Shown here: piece after piece, positions 22,754 to 32,385 of the stretch
Numbering within the stretch: position 1 is the first letter of the stretch
How the letters are laid out: the number at the start of each line of letters is the position of its first letter
Origin: a bacterium
Lineage (GTDB): Bacteria > Patescibacteriota > Dojkabacteria > JAKAPS01 > JAJZLI01
Assembly: GCA_021791275.1 (NCBI GenBank)
Contig: JAJYWX010000001.1
Coordinates: 1,113 to 65,112 of the forward strand
Direction of reading: 5' to 3'
DNA: 64,000 nucleotides
Notes under the pieces: model-generated
Told to the model about the DNA's origin: nothing
Database searches by the model: none
What the model saw: the letters and a program-made list of their open reading frames with translations, nothing else
Translations under genes and position numbers: made by a program

Positions 22754-25132
22754 TCAAATAACACCTTTTAACTCATCAATTGCCCTTTGTAATAATTGAG
22801 AATATAAATCAAATCCAACCTTATATATATTACCATGTTGATTTACTCCCATAATATCTCCTGCTCCACGAATCTCAAGATCTTTCATTGAAATCGAAAA
22901 ACCACTCCCCACAGATTGGTTATTTACTATTGTATTTAACCTGCTATAGACAGTTTTATTATTTTTTAAAATATTTTCTGGACAAACTAAATAACAATAT
23001 GCTTGTTTTTCACTTCTACCAACTCTACCCCTAAATTGATATAACTGACCCAAACCAAACTTAAATGATTGGTTGATAATTATTGTATTAACATTAGGCA
23101 AATCTATACCATTTTCTATTATAGACGTTGAAACTAATAATGGAAATTTTCCAATCCTGAAATCCTCTAAAACTGACTCCAAATTTTTCATTCCACCAAA
23201 AGCTATTTCTATTTTAATATGAGGAATACTCTCCTTTATAAGATTTTTTATTAGATTCAACGTACTAATATTGTTATGTAAAAAGAATACCTGCCCATTT
23301 CTATTAAGTTCAAATTTTATTATCTCAACAAATTTATTAATATTAAAATCTATTATCTCTGTATATACAGATTTACGCCCAATAGGAGGTGTTGAAATAA
23401 TGCTAATATCTCTTATTCCTGCAAAAGTTGAATATAAAGTTCTAGGTATTGGAGTTGCTGTCATTGAAAGATAATCTACATTTAATTTAAACTTCTTAAG
23501 TTTTTCTTTCTGCTTTACCCCAAACCGCTGTTCCTCATCAACAATTACTAGACCTAGATTAGAGAATTCTATTTTATTAGAAAGTATCTTATGCGTTGAT
23601 ATTAGTATATTGATTTCTCCACTTTTGACTCTATCCTTTAGAATATTTTCATCTTTAGCTTTAGTATTACGAGTTAATTTGCCTATCTTTATAGGAAAAA
23701 GTTTGAATCTTTCTTTAAATACTTCATAATGCTGATTCACTAAAATAGTTGTAGGCGCAACAATTAAAACTTGTTTCCCATTTATAACGGATAGAAATGA
23801 TGCTCTGGCTGCAACTTCAGTTTTACCAAAACCAACATCACCTACAATCAATCTATCCATTATCTTATCCGAATATAAATCATTTCTTACATCATTAATT
23901 GCAGATAGCTGATCCTTAGTCTCTATATGTTTAAATTGAGAGTTAAACTCATCTTCTAAATAATTATTTTCTTCATATATATATTCCCTTAAAGATAATT
24001 TCCTTTTTGCATCGGTAAATATTATATCCTTGGCTATATTCTCTATATCTTTAGTTACCTTCCTCCTAAGATTCATCCACTCAGATGTTCCTAATCTAGT
24101 TATTTTAGGAGGATTTTTCGAATAAGATATATACTTTGTTATTCTCTCAGATATTTCTAAAGGTATAAAAAGTCTATCATTATTTGCATATTCTATTTCA
24201 ATAAAATTCTTGGAAATTCCATTTTCCTCCCTTGATACTATACCTCTAAATATACCTATCCCGTGATTTATATGTACAATATAATCTCCAGGATATATTT
24301 TCCCATTAACAAAATCACTTACCAATCTTTTACTTTTTTTCTTTCTATATAAATTTAAATTAAATTCTCCATATATTTCTATATCAGTAAGAACAGAAAA
24401 ATTCCCATTTATAGATATAAATCCACAAGGAAAATTAATATCAGTATAAAAAACATTCTTACCTTTAAAATTTACGTTTTCAACAATTCCCCTGTTAGTT
24501 GATATTATAATATTTTTTATATTATTAAGTTTATACTTTAATTGTGAATCTAAATTAGTAAAGCGTGTTCTAAAAATATCGTAATCAAATTTATAATCAT
24601 AATTTATATTAGTAAATATAATTTTAGTATTGGAAAAAGGTTTTAGAGAAGAAGATATTCCTATTCCTTTTTCAGTTGGGAGAAGCAAATTATCAATCGA
24701 TAATATATATTTGAAAGTTAGAAAATCTCTAATAGATATTTCTTCTATATCCTCTCCCAAAAATATTATCCTATATATGTTATCATTTATTGATATATCA
24801 ATTTTATCTCCTAATATAGAGAATTCATGATTATTATCAATAATCTCAACCTTTTTAAAAATATCAATATCATTCAAAAAAGATTTTATATCAGAAAATT
24901 TAGAATTTAAATTTATTTTATAGAAATTAAAATTTGTATTACCATTTGAATAATAAAAAGAATAATTTTCTAAGAAATTATTCATAAATGAGGGAAAAAA
25001 TTCTATTAATGGATCCTCAATACCTGATACATTAATAACATTATCTATATTAGACTCTATATCTTTTTTCAAAGAATAAAAATTAGAATCAAGAGAAAAC
25101 AATTTTTCTATCTCAAAAATATTACTGTTCAA
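22754..25132 (-). CDS. mfd: Transcription-repair coupling factor, shortened form
   Basis: CarD-like RID (GDYIVHINHGIG), GDVGFGKTEVA, DEEQRFG, TATPIPRT, QFRGRVGRS, TRG motif DLEIRGAG; protein ends shortly after. Confidence 0.9.
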   Translation of the reverse strand: MNSNIFEIEKLFSLDSNFYSLKKDIESNIDNVINVSGIEDPLIEFFPSFMNNFLENYSFYYSNGNTNFNFYKINLNSKFSDIKSFLNDIDIFKKVEIIDNNHEFSILGDKIDISINDNIYRIIFLGEDIEEISIRDFLTFKYILSIDNLLLPTEKGIGISSSLKPFSNTKIIFTNINYDYKFDYDIFRTRFTNLDSQLKYKLNNIKNIIISTNRGIVENVNFKGKNVFYTDINFPCGFISINGNFSVLTDIEIYGEFNLNLYRKKKSKRLVSDFVNGKIYPGDYIVHINHGIGIFRGIVSREENGISKNFIEIEYANNDRLFIPLEISERITKYISYSKNPPKITRLGTSEWMNLRRKVTKDIENIAKDIIFTDAKRKLSLREYIYEENNYLEDEFNSQFKHIETKDQLSAINDVRNDLYSDKIMDRLIVGDVGFGKTEVAARASFLSVINGKQVLIVAPTTILVNQHYEVFKERFKLFPIKIGKLTRNTKAKDENILKDRVKSGEINILISTHKILSNKIEFSNLGLVIVDEEQRFGVKQKEKLKKFKLNVDYLSMTATPIPRTLYSTFAGIRDISIISTPPIGRKSVYTEIIDFNINKFVEIIKFELNRNGQVFFLHNNISTLNLIKNLIKESIPHIKIEIAFGGMKNLESVLEDFRIGKFPLLVSTSIIENGIDLPNVNTIIINQSFKFGLGQLYQFRGRVGRSEKQAYCYLVCPENILKNNKTVYSRLNTIVNNQSVGSGFSISMKDLEIRGAGDIMGVNQHGNIYKVGFDLYSQLLQRAIDELKGVI

Positions 25133-25138
25133 TTTATA

Positions 25139-25654
25139 CTATGATATTTCTAATTGATTAAAAACTTCTTCAAACAATAAACCCAAATTTTCTAATTCAG
25201 ATTTTGTAAAATTGCTTAATACATAATCAATGGCATTATATCTACTCTTTTCTTCAGTATCAATTCCAATCCTAATACTGGTAAAACTATCAATATAAAG
25301 TAATACCGAATTGACACCATTATGTGTTTTTGGCCTAGAATTAGTAATTTTAAATTTCCCAAAACTTATATCTAAATCATCATATACAACATAAATTTTT
25401 TTAAAATCCTTCTTATAATAATTAAAAATTTTCACTATAGAATCTCCAGAATCATTCATAAATGTCATTGGCTTTGCTAATATAATATCATTATATTTGA
25501 ATACATCGGCATTAAAATTTTTATTCAGTACAAATTCATTATTACTAAATCCTATTTTATTAATAAGATAATCTAAAAATAAAAATCCTACATTATGCCT
25601 ACTATTAAAATATTCTTTACCTGGATTTCCCAATCCAACAATTAAATTATACAT
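25139..25654 (-). CDS. pth: Peptidyl-tRNA hydrolase
   Basis: GLGNPG, RHNVGF, KPMTFMN, DDLD, HNG. Confidence 0.96.
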   Translation of the reverse strand: MYNLIVGLGNPGKEYFNSRHNVGFLFLDYLINKIGFSNNEFVLNKNFNADVFKYNDIILAKPMTFMNDSGDSIVKIFNYYKKDFKKIYVVYDDLDISFGKFKITNSRPKTHNGVNSVLLYIDSFTSIRIGIDTEEKSRYNAIDYVLSNFTKSELENLGLLFEEVFNQLEIS

Positions 25655-26058
25655 TATAATTTACTTAAAATATTCTCTTGTATTATATACATTTTCTCAG
25701 ATTTATTTAATGGATTAATATGATTATAACCTAAAAGATGGAGTAATCCATGTATAAAGACTCTTTCAATTTCTTCGCTAAATTTAACCCCAAATATTAA
25801 AGAATTTTTCAAAACTTCATCTGGACATATATATATGTCTCCTATATAAAAAGGATCTTTATACTCTATAGCTATAACATCAGTATATGAATCTTTATTT
25901 CTGAATTTCTTATTTATTTTTCTTATCTTCTCTTTTCCAACAATATATAAAGAAAATTCTGGATTTTTAACTTTAATTTCATTAAAAACTTTCTTATAAA
26001 TTAAATTAAACCTAGATTCTTTGATATCATAAAGGGATTTATAAGAAGTATATATCAT
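25654..26058 (-). CDS. ybeY: rRNA maturation endonuclease YbeY
   Basis: HGLLHLLGYNH. Confidence 0.95.
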   Translation of the reverse strand: MIYTSYKSLYDIKESRFNLIYKKVFNEIKVKNPEFSLYIVGKEKIRKINKKFRNKDSYTDVIAIEYKDPFYIGDIYICPDEVLKNSLIFGVKFSEEIERVFIHGLLHLLGYNHINPLNKSEKMYIIQENILSKL

Positions 26059-26495
26059 AGATATTTTTCTTTAATAATTTTAGCAATTCTTGCGCTGTCA
26101 ACTTGAAATTTAAATTTTGTTGTAATACTAGTTATAACACTTCCCATATCTTTCTGAGAAAAATTCTTAATACTATCGATTTCTTTCTTTACTAAATTAA
26201 TTAGCTCTTCATCTGAAATTTGTTCTGGCATATATGATTTCAACATTGATAACTCAAATTTTTCTTTATCAACCAACTCCATTTTTCCTAATTGAGTATA
26301 ATTTATGATATTATCCTCAATCTCCTTGATTGATCTTTTTAATACATTAAATACAATTTCATCTGAAATATCCTTTATACCTATTCTTATAGCTTCATTT
26401 TTTATTTGAGACAATAGCATCCTCAATACCGAGACTTTCTCTTTCTCAGAATTTTTCATATAAATTTTTAAATCTTCACCTAATTTTTTATACAT
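26055..26495 (-). CDS. yqeY: GatB/YqeY domain protein
   Basis: VLRMLLSQIKNE, YMPEQIS, KDMG; directly after rpsU. Confidence 0.88.
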   Translation of the reverse strand: MYKKLGEDLKIYMKNSEKEKVSVLRMLLSQIKNEAIRIGIKDISDEIVFNVLKRSIKEIEDNIINYTQLGKMELVDKEKFELSMLKSYMPEQISDEELINLVKKEIDSIKNFSQKDMGSVITSITTKFKFQVDSARIAKIIKEKYL

Positions 26496-26500
26496 ACAGA

Positions 26501-26728
26501 TTATACAGAAAAACCTTTACCATACTTACTTCTTATTTTTCTCATAGCTCTGTGGTGTCTGGTCTTCCTTTTTTTAAACTCCCTTCTTAAAGCAGTTCTC
26601 TCTATAGATGGTTTCCTATAATATGTTCTTTCTTTCATTTCATCAAGAACACCATTACTGATGAGTTCTCTCATAAACCTTCTCCATGCGGATTCGAAAG
26701 GCTCAGATCCTCTTACTGTTACAGACAT
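26501..26728 (-). CDS. rpsU: 30S ribosomal protein S21
   Basis: EPFESAWRRF...YYRKPS; hit-rpsU-yqeY synteny. Confidence 0.9.
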   Translation of the reverse strand: MSVTVRGSEPFESAWRRFMRELISNGVLDEMKERTYYRKPSIERTALRREFKKRKTRHHRAMRKIRSKYGKGFSV

Positions 26729-26735
26729 TACAAAT

Positions 26736-26744
26736 TCACCTCCT
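26736..26744 (-). promoter_or_regulatory. Shine-Dalgarno sequence of rpsU
   Basis: AGGAGGTGA, 7 nt before the ATG, fully complementary to this genome's 16S tail UCACCUCCU. Confidence 0.9.
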
Positions 26745-27075
26745 AATTTACTTTATCATTAACATTCATTCCACTTAAGAAATGTATGTGTAAATGTTTT
26801 ACTTGTTGTAAATTTCCATTATTTACAACTATCTTAAAATCTTTGGTTTTTAATAAATCAGATACAACATTAATTGTATCTACTAAACTAGACCAATACT
26901 CTAAAACCTCAGCATCATTAAAGGACAATAAATTATCAATATGCCTTTTTGGTACTATCAGTTTATGTATTTCTGCAGATGGTTTTATGTCTGAAAAAAC
27001 AATAAAGAAATCATTTTCAAAAAGTATATCTGCATTAATGTCTTTATTTACAATTTTACAAAATATACAATCCAT
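26743..27075 (-). CDS. HIT family nucleotide hydrolase
   Basis: DCIFCKI; HLHIHFL histidine triad. Confidence 0.93.
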   Translation of the reverse strand: MDCIFCKIVNKDINADILFENDFFIVFSDIKPSAEIHKLIVPKRHIDNLLSFNDAEVLEYWSSLVDTINVVSDLLKTKDFKIVVNNGNLQQVKHLHIHFLSGMNVNDKVN

Positions 27076-27139
27076 AGACTATAAAACCTAACAGTAAAAC
27101 ATCAAGGAAAGTATATCATAAAAAAAAGATGCGAACAAA

Positions 27140-28291
27140 CTATATGATTTTGAAGTTAATTAAGTCATTAAATGTAACAAAAATCATTAAAAGAATAAAA
27201 AATATTATACCCAAGATTGACAAATAGTACATCAATTTTTCATTTAATTTATAAGAAAATAACCCTTCTATTACTGCTAATAAAACATAGAATCCATCTA
27301 AAGGTGGTATTGGAAGTAAATTCATTATTGATAGAGATAATGATATTATTCCAAATATAAACAATAATCCCACTACACCATCTGTTTGGAATATGGAATT
27401 AGTGTACATATAGATACCTACAGGACCAGCAATCTGGCTTGTTATTATTTTGGAATTATTATGAATTATGGATTGATGAATTAAATAATAAAATCCTTGG
27501 AATGTAAGTTGCAATACATCATATGGAAAAGTAAAAATTGATAAAGCTTTTGATAAAAATGAGTTAAATTCAATATGAGATATTTCCTCTATAGATATCC
27601 CAACTGGTCCAGAATCCTTAGGATAATTAGATCTATCTAGAAAAGATTTACTATAAAATTTTCCTTCTGATATACCAAATAGATTTAAATTATTAACTTT
27701 ATAAAAATTAAATTTCAGAATTTTATTTTTATTAGAATCCACTAAACTTTCAATTTGAGAAATATTATGTATTTTTTTATTATCTATTGATTTTAAAATA
27801 TATAGCCCATTTAGTTTATCTTTATATACACTTGATGTTTTATCATTCGGAACTCCTGAGAATAAAACATTATTGACGTTAGTCCCAAATGTGAAATGAA
27901 AATTAGGTATTATATTTGAATAGTAAAATTTAAAATTTATTAATACTAGAAATATAAATAAAAACACTACTGCTGCTATAAAATTCATTACTACACCAGC
28001 TATTGTTATTAGAAATTTAGTTAATGGACTTGCTGCAGATAGTGATCCTTTAAGATTATTACTTGAATCATCCTCCCCAAATAAACTTACATATCCACCA
28101 AAAGGAAGAACATTTAGCCTATATTCAATTCCATTTCTTTTAAAGGAATATATTTTTGGTCCAAATCCAATAGCAAAGCTCTTTACAATAACACCTCTTT
28201 TTAAGGCAACAAACATGTGTCCCCATTCATGTATTATTATAAGTAGGCTTAAAAGGATTATAAAAATGAATAAAGTCAAAATATATTCCAT
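27140..28291 (-). CDS. M50 intramembrane metalloprotease (RseP-like)
   Basis: HEWGH, FAIGFGP, PFGGYV, NLLPIPPLDG. Confidence 0.92.
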   Translation of the reverse strand: MEYILTLFIFIILLSLLIIIHEWGHMFVALKRGVIVKSFAIGFGPKIYSFKRNGIEYRLNVLPFGGYVSLFGEDDSSNNLKGSLSAASPLTKFLITIAGVVMNFIAAVVFLFIFLVLINFKFYYSNIIPNFHFTFGTNVNNVLFSGVPNDKTSSVYKDKLNGLYILKSIDNKKIHNISQIESLVDSNKNKILKFNFYKVNNLNLFGISEGKFYSKSFLDRSNYPKDSGPVGISIEEISHIEFNSFLSKALSIFTFPYDVLQLTFQGFYYLIHQSIIHNNSKIITSQIAGPVGIYMYTNSIFQTDGVVGLLFIFGIISLSLSIMNLLPIPPLDGFYVLLAVIEGLFSYKLNEKLMYYLSILGIIFFILLMIFVTFNDLINFKII

Positions 28292-28298
28292 AGTTTAT

Positions 28299-28847
28299 TT
28301 ATACAGTAAGTAATTCTTCTTTTTTATTCTGATATATCTTATTTAATTCTTCCATTTCATCTTTTATTATTTTATCCACCATCTCTTCTTCTTTTTTATA
28401 TTCTGTTTCACTTATCTCATCATTTTCAAGAGATTTTTTTAAATCATTTAAATATTCTTTACGAATATTCCTCATTGAAATCTTACTATTTTCTAATTCA
28501 TTATTTAAAACTTTTACTAACTCATTCCTTCTCTCTTCACTCAATGGAGGAATAGGAATCTTGATTTCATCAGAAGATTTAATTGGATTTATACCTATAT
28601 TAGATTCTAATAAAGCATTATGAATTAAATCTATATTTGATTTATCCCATGGTTGTATTAGTATAAGATTAAAACTAGGGGTAGTAATAGTTGCAACTTG
28701 AGATAATTTCATTGAAGATGAGTATACTGATATTTTTATATCTTCTATTAAAGCTATATTTGCCTTTCCAGTTCTAAGTCTCTTTAACTCTTGTATAAAG
28801 AAATCTGTATTCTTAGAAATCTTTTGTTTAAAAGAATTTATATCCAT
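28299..28847 (-). CDS. frr: Ribosome recycling factor
   Basis: LRTGKAN, IQPWD, PPLSEERR, RNIR. Confidence 0.96.
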   Translation of the reverse strand: MDINSFKQKISKNTDFFIQELKRLRTGKANIALIEDIKISVYSSSMKLSQVATITTPSFNLILIQPWDKSNIDLIHNALLESNIGINPIKSSDEIKIPIPPLSEERRNELVKVLNNELENSKISMRNIRKEYLNDLKKSLENDEISETEYKKEEEMVDKIIKDEMEELNKIYQNKKEELLTV

Positions 28848-29441
28848 TTAAATACCTATTTCAAAACGAGAAAATTTTTCTATTTTAATATTCTCCCCCG
28901 TTTTAGAACTCATATCATCGATTAAATCCTTAACCTTTAATTTCTCATCTTTATAAAATTTTTGTTCTAATAAACAAATTTCTTCAAAAAATTTAGAAAG
29001 CCTACCTTCAATAATCTTTTCTTGTACAGATTTTTCTTTAGACTTAAAATCTTTCTCTAAAGATATAAGCTCTTTTTCCTTATTAATAATATCTATAGGA
29101 ACATCTTCTTTTGATATATACTCAGGAGAAGATGTTACAACCTGTATAGCAAGAGAATGAGCTAGGTCTTTAAATAAATCCGTCCTGGCTACAAAATCAG
29201 TCTCACATTTTAACATTAACAATGAGCCTAATCTTCCATTATGATGAATATAGCTTCCAATCCATCCTTCAGAAACCTCTCTAGAACTCCTAGATAATGA
29301 TTTCAATACCCCCTTCTTCCTTAATATTTTTACAGCTTCATCAATATTTCCATTAGATTCTTCTAGCGCATCTTTACAATCTGATATTCCTGCATTAGTT
29401 AACTCTCGTAATTGTTTAATTAATGATAAATCTATTTTCAT
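28848..29441 (-). CDS. tsf: Elongation factor Ts (short form)
   Basis: IKQLRELTNAG, CETDFVAR. Confidence 0.96.
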   Translation of the reverse strand: MKIDLSLIKQLRELTNAGISDCKDALEESNGNIDEAVKILRKKGVLKSLSRSSREVSEGWIGSYIHHNGRLGSLLMLKCETDFVARTDLFKDLAHSLAIQVVTSSPEYISKEDVPIDIINKEKELISLEKDFKSKEKSVQEKIIEGRLSKFFEEICLLEQKFYKDEKLKVKDLIDDMSSKTGENIKIEKFSRFEIGI

Positions 29442-30103
29442 TTTAGAATATTATTTACTAAATAATTTAATATTATACTAACTGATTTAATTCCATCATC
29501 ATTTCCTGGAATTGGATAATCAACTTGATCGGGATCAACATTAGTATCAACAATTGCTACGACTGGGATAAGAAGTCTCTTTGCTTCTTTTAGGGCAACT
29601 TGCTCATTCTTTATATCTACTATAACTATAGCATCCAATTTTGAAGTCATACCTATTATTCCTCCATATAATTGAAGTAATTTATCTCTCTCTTCTGATA
29701 TTCTTAATAATTCTAATTTCGTTTTGTTTTCAGATAATGATTTGTCATTTAAGATTTTTTCATACTCATCTAGTTTAGATAAACTCTTTGTAACAGTTTT
29801 AAAGTTTGTAAGTAGACCTCCTGGCCACCTATTATTTATATAAAAGGCTCCAAGTTTTTCTGCAGAATCTTTGATTACATCTTGAATTTGTTTCTTTGTT
29901 CCAACAAAAAGTATATTCTTATGATTAACCTTTTTTAGAAAATTTAAAGCTTCATTTAAGCAAACAATAGTTTGATCTAAATCAATTATATGTGAGCCCA
30001 TAGACTCTCCATAAATATACTTTTTCATTTTTGGGTTCCATCTTCTTGTTTGATGGCCGAAATGAACACCTGATTGTAATAAATCTAATTGAGTAATTTC
30101 CAT
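29438..30103 (-). CDS. rpsB: 30S ribosomal protein S2
   Basis: GVHFGH, WNPKM, RWPGGLLTN, VDTN, PGNDD. Confidence 0.98.
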   Translation of the reverse strand: MEITQLDLLQSGVHFGHQTRRWNPKMKKYIYGESMGSHIIDLDQTIVCLNEALNFLKKVNHKNILFVGTKKQIQDVIKDSAEKLGAFYINNRWPGGLLTNFKTVTKSLSKLDEYEKILNDKSLSENKTKLELLRISEERDKLLQLYGGIIGMTSKLDAIVIVDIKNEQVALKEAKRLLIPVVAIVDTNVDPDQVDYPIPGNDDGIKSVSIILNYLVNNILK

Positions 30104-30109
30104 AATATT

Positions 30110-30193
30110 CTCCTTTTATCACCTACTCGCTCAGAATCTAGAAACTAGACAAAGAGAAAAACGAGTATGAATTGATAATGTGTATTTTAGCAT
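30110..30193 (-). promoter_or_regulatory. rpsB promoter and structured 5' leader
   Basis: TGCTAAAAT extended -10; nested stems TTATCA/TGATAA, TACTCG/CGAGTA, CTC/GAG, TCTAG/CTAGA; SD AAAAGGAG follows. Confidence 0.7.
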
Positions 30194-30214
30194 CTAAAGG
30201 CAAATAAAACAAAC

Positions 30215-32371
30215 TTATCCATTAATTTTTTCTAAAGAATTTGTTGTAAAGTGACACTTAGGGTAATTTGAACAACCATAAAAAATTTGTCCTCTTTTAT
30301 TCTTCATCTCAACAATCTTCCCTTTTCCACATTCAGGACAATCTATTTCTAAAATCTTTTTTTCTCTTTCCTTTAAAGATTTCGTGTATTTGCAAGTAGG
30401 ATAATTACTACAAGCATAAAATTCACCAAACCTTCCCTTTTTCATTACTAAGTTAGCTCCACATTTAGGGCACAATTCATCTGTTTCGATATTACTTGAG
30501 GAACCATTATCTTCAATCGATTTCATTCCTTTACAATCCGGATATCTTGAACAACTTAAAAATTTCCCATACCTACCTAGTTTAATAAACATTTTTGCAC
30601 CACATTCTGGACATAATTCATCTGTATCACCTAATTTCGTTATATCCCCCTTATCTATAGTATTTGTTTTTTCTTCTATATCTTTCTCAAAAGGATAATA
30701 AAAATCTGATATTACCTTTACCCAATCTAGCTTACCTCCTGCTATGTTATCTAAGTCGCTTTCCATGTCAGATGTAAATTCTACATCTACAATTTTAGAA
30801 AAGTACTTTTCCAAAAAATCACTTACAACAACCCCTACATCTGTAGGGAAAAAAAGTTTCTCTTTTCTTTCAACATAGCCTCTATTTAGAAGTGTAGAAA
30901 TAATTGTTGAATAGGTTGATGGCCTACCAATACCAGATTTTTCACATTCCTTTATTAAAGACGCGTCATTATATCTAGGTGGAGGTTCTGTAAAATGTTG
31001 TTCTTTTAAAGTCTTTAAGTATTTAATATTTTTTTTATCTATATCTTTAATATTATCAAAAGGAAAATCTAAAATATTTTCATCTTTTTTTACGAAATAG
31101 TTATATACCTTTGTATACCCATCAAATTTAATTTGAGAAAAGCTTGATAAAAATGTATATATATTATTTTTGTATTTTATATCAAGAACTAAACGTTTAT
31201 TTTCACTTATTGATGGATTCATTTGAGAACTTAAAGCTCTTCTCCATATCATTTCATAAAGTCTTAGTAAATCTTTATCTAAATATTGCTTTAAATCTTC
31301 TGGTTTCTTATTTATATCTGTAGGACGAATAGCTTCGTGTGCTTCTTGAGATAGTTTACTTTTATTTTTATAAATATTAGGACTTTTTGGCAAATACTTT
31401 TCAGAATAATTTTTCAAAATAGAATTTCTAATCTCCTCAATAGCATTTTTTGATAAAAATAAAGCATCTGTTCTCATATATGTTATTAATCCAACATTAT
31501 TTCCATCTATATTTACACCTTCATAAAGTTTTTGAGCTAGTAACATTGTTTTTTTTGATGAAAAACCTAATCTAATATTAGAGTCTTGTTGTAATGTTGA
31601 AGTTGTATATGGAGGTTTAGGATTTCTCTTTAAGTCTGTTTTTTTTATATCTTTAAAATCTAATTCCCCAGACTGAACTTCAGTTTCAATATTATCAGCA
31701 GATTCTTTACTCTTAATAACAGCCTTTTTACCGTTGATTTTAGATAAATTAAAGTTAACAACATTATTATTTATACTTACTTCACAAGATAAGTTCCAAT
31801 ATTCTTCTGGAGTAAAATTCTCTATCTCCCTTTCTCTTTTTACAATTAGATTCAATGCTGCTGATTGAACTCTCCCGGCAGATAAACCATATCTGATTTT
31901 CTTCCATAAGAGAGGAGATAATTTATATCCCACAATTCTATCTAAAACCCTTCTTGCTTGCTGGGCATTAACTAAGTTCATATTTAAATTCCCAGGATTC
32001 TTTAAGGCTTCATTTAATGCATTCTTTGTTATCTCATGAAATGTTATCCGAGATATCTTGACCTTATCATTTATTTTAAGGGTCCTTAGAATATGCCACC
32101 CAATAGCCTCTCCTTCCCTATCTGGGTCTGTAGCAATATATAAATTCTCAACACCTTTTAGATCTTTTTGAATTTCTTTTAATACCTTAGATTTATCTTT
32201 TAGTATTTCATATTCTGGATTAAATCCATTTTCTACATCAATTCCAAGTTTACTCTTTGGTAAATCTTCAATATGACCTTTAGTTGCAATAACACTATAC
32301 TCATTAGACAAAAATTTAGATAATGTACTTGCTTTGGTTGGAGATTCAACGATTATAAGATTCTTTGACAT
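30215..32371 (-). CDS. topA: DNA topoisomerase I
   Basis: IVESP, DPDREGE, SAGRVQ, ITYMRTD, three C4 Zn ribbons. Confidence 0.98.
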   Translation of the reverse strand: MSKNLIIVESPTKASTLSKFLSNEYSVIATKGHIEDLPKSKLGIDVENGFNPEYEILKDKSKVLKEIQKDLKGVENLYIATDPDREGEAIGWHILRTLKINDKVKISRITFHEITKNALNEALKNPGNLNMNLVNAQQARRVLDRIVGYKLSPLLWKKIRYGLSAGRVQSAALNLIVKREREIENFTPEEYWNLSCEVSINNNVVNFNLSKINGKKAVIKSKESADNIETEVQSGELDFKDIKKTDLKRNPKPPYTTSTLQQDSNIRLGFSSKKTMLLAQKLYEGVNIDGNNVGLITYMRTDALFLSKNAIEEIRNSILKNYSEKYLPKSPNIYKNKSKLSQEAHEAIRPTDINKKPEDLKQYLDKDLLRLYEMIWRRALSSQMNPSISENKRLVLDIKYKNNIYTFLSSFSQIKFDGYTKVYNYFVKKDENILDFPFDNIKDIDKKNIKYLKTLKEQHFTEPPPRYNDASLIKECEKSGIGRPSTYSTIISTLLNRGYVERKEKLFFPTDVGVVVSDFLEKYFSKIVDVEFTSDMESDLDNIAGGKLDWVKVISDFYYPFEKDIEEKTNTIDKGDITKLGDTDELCPECGAKMFIKLGRYGKFLSCSRYPDCKGMKSIEDNGSSSNIETDELCPKCGANLVMKKGRFGEFYACSNYPTCKYTKSLKEREKKILEIDCPECGKGKIVEMKNKRGQIFYGCSNYPKCHFTTNSLEKING

Positions 32372-32385
32372 AAGTATTATATAAA

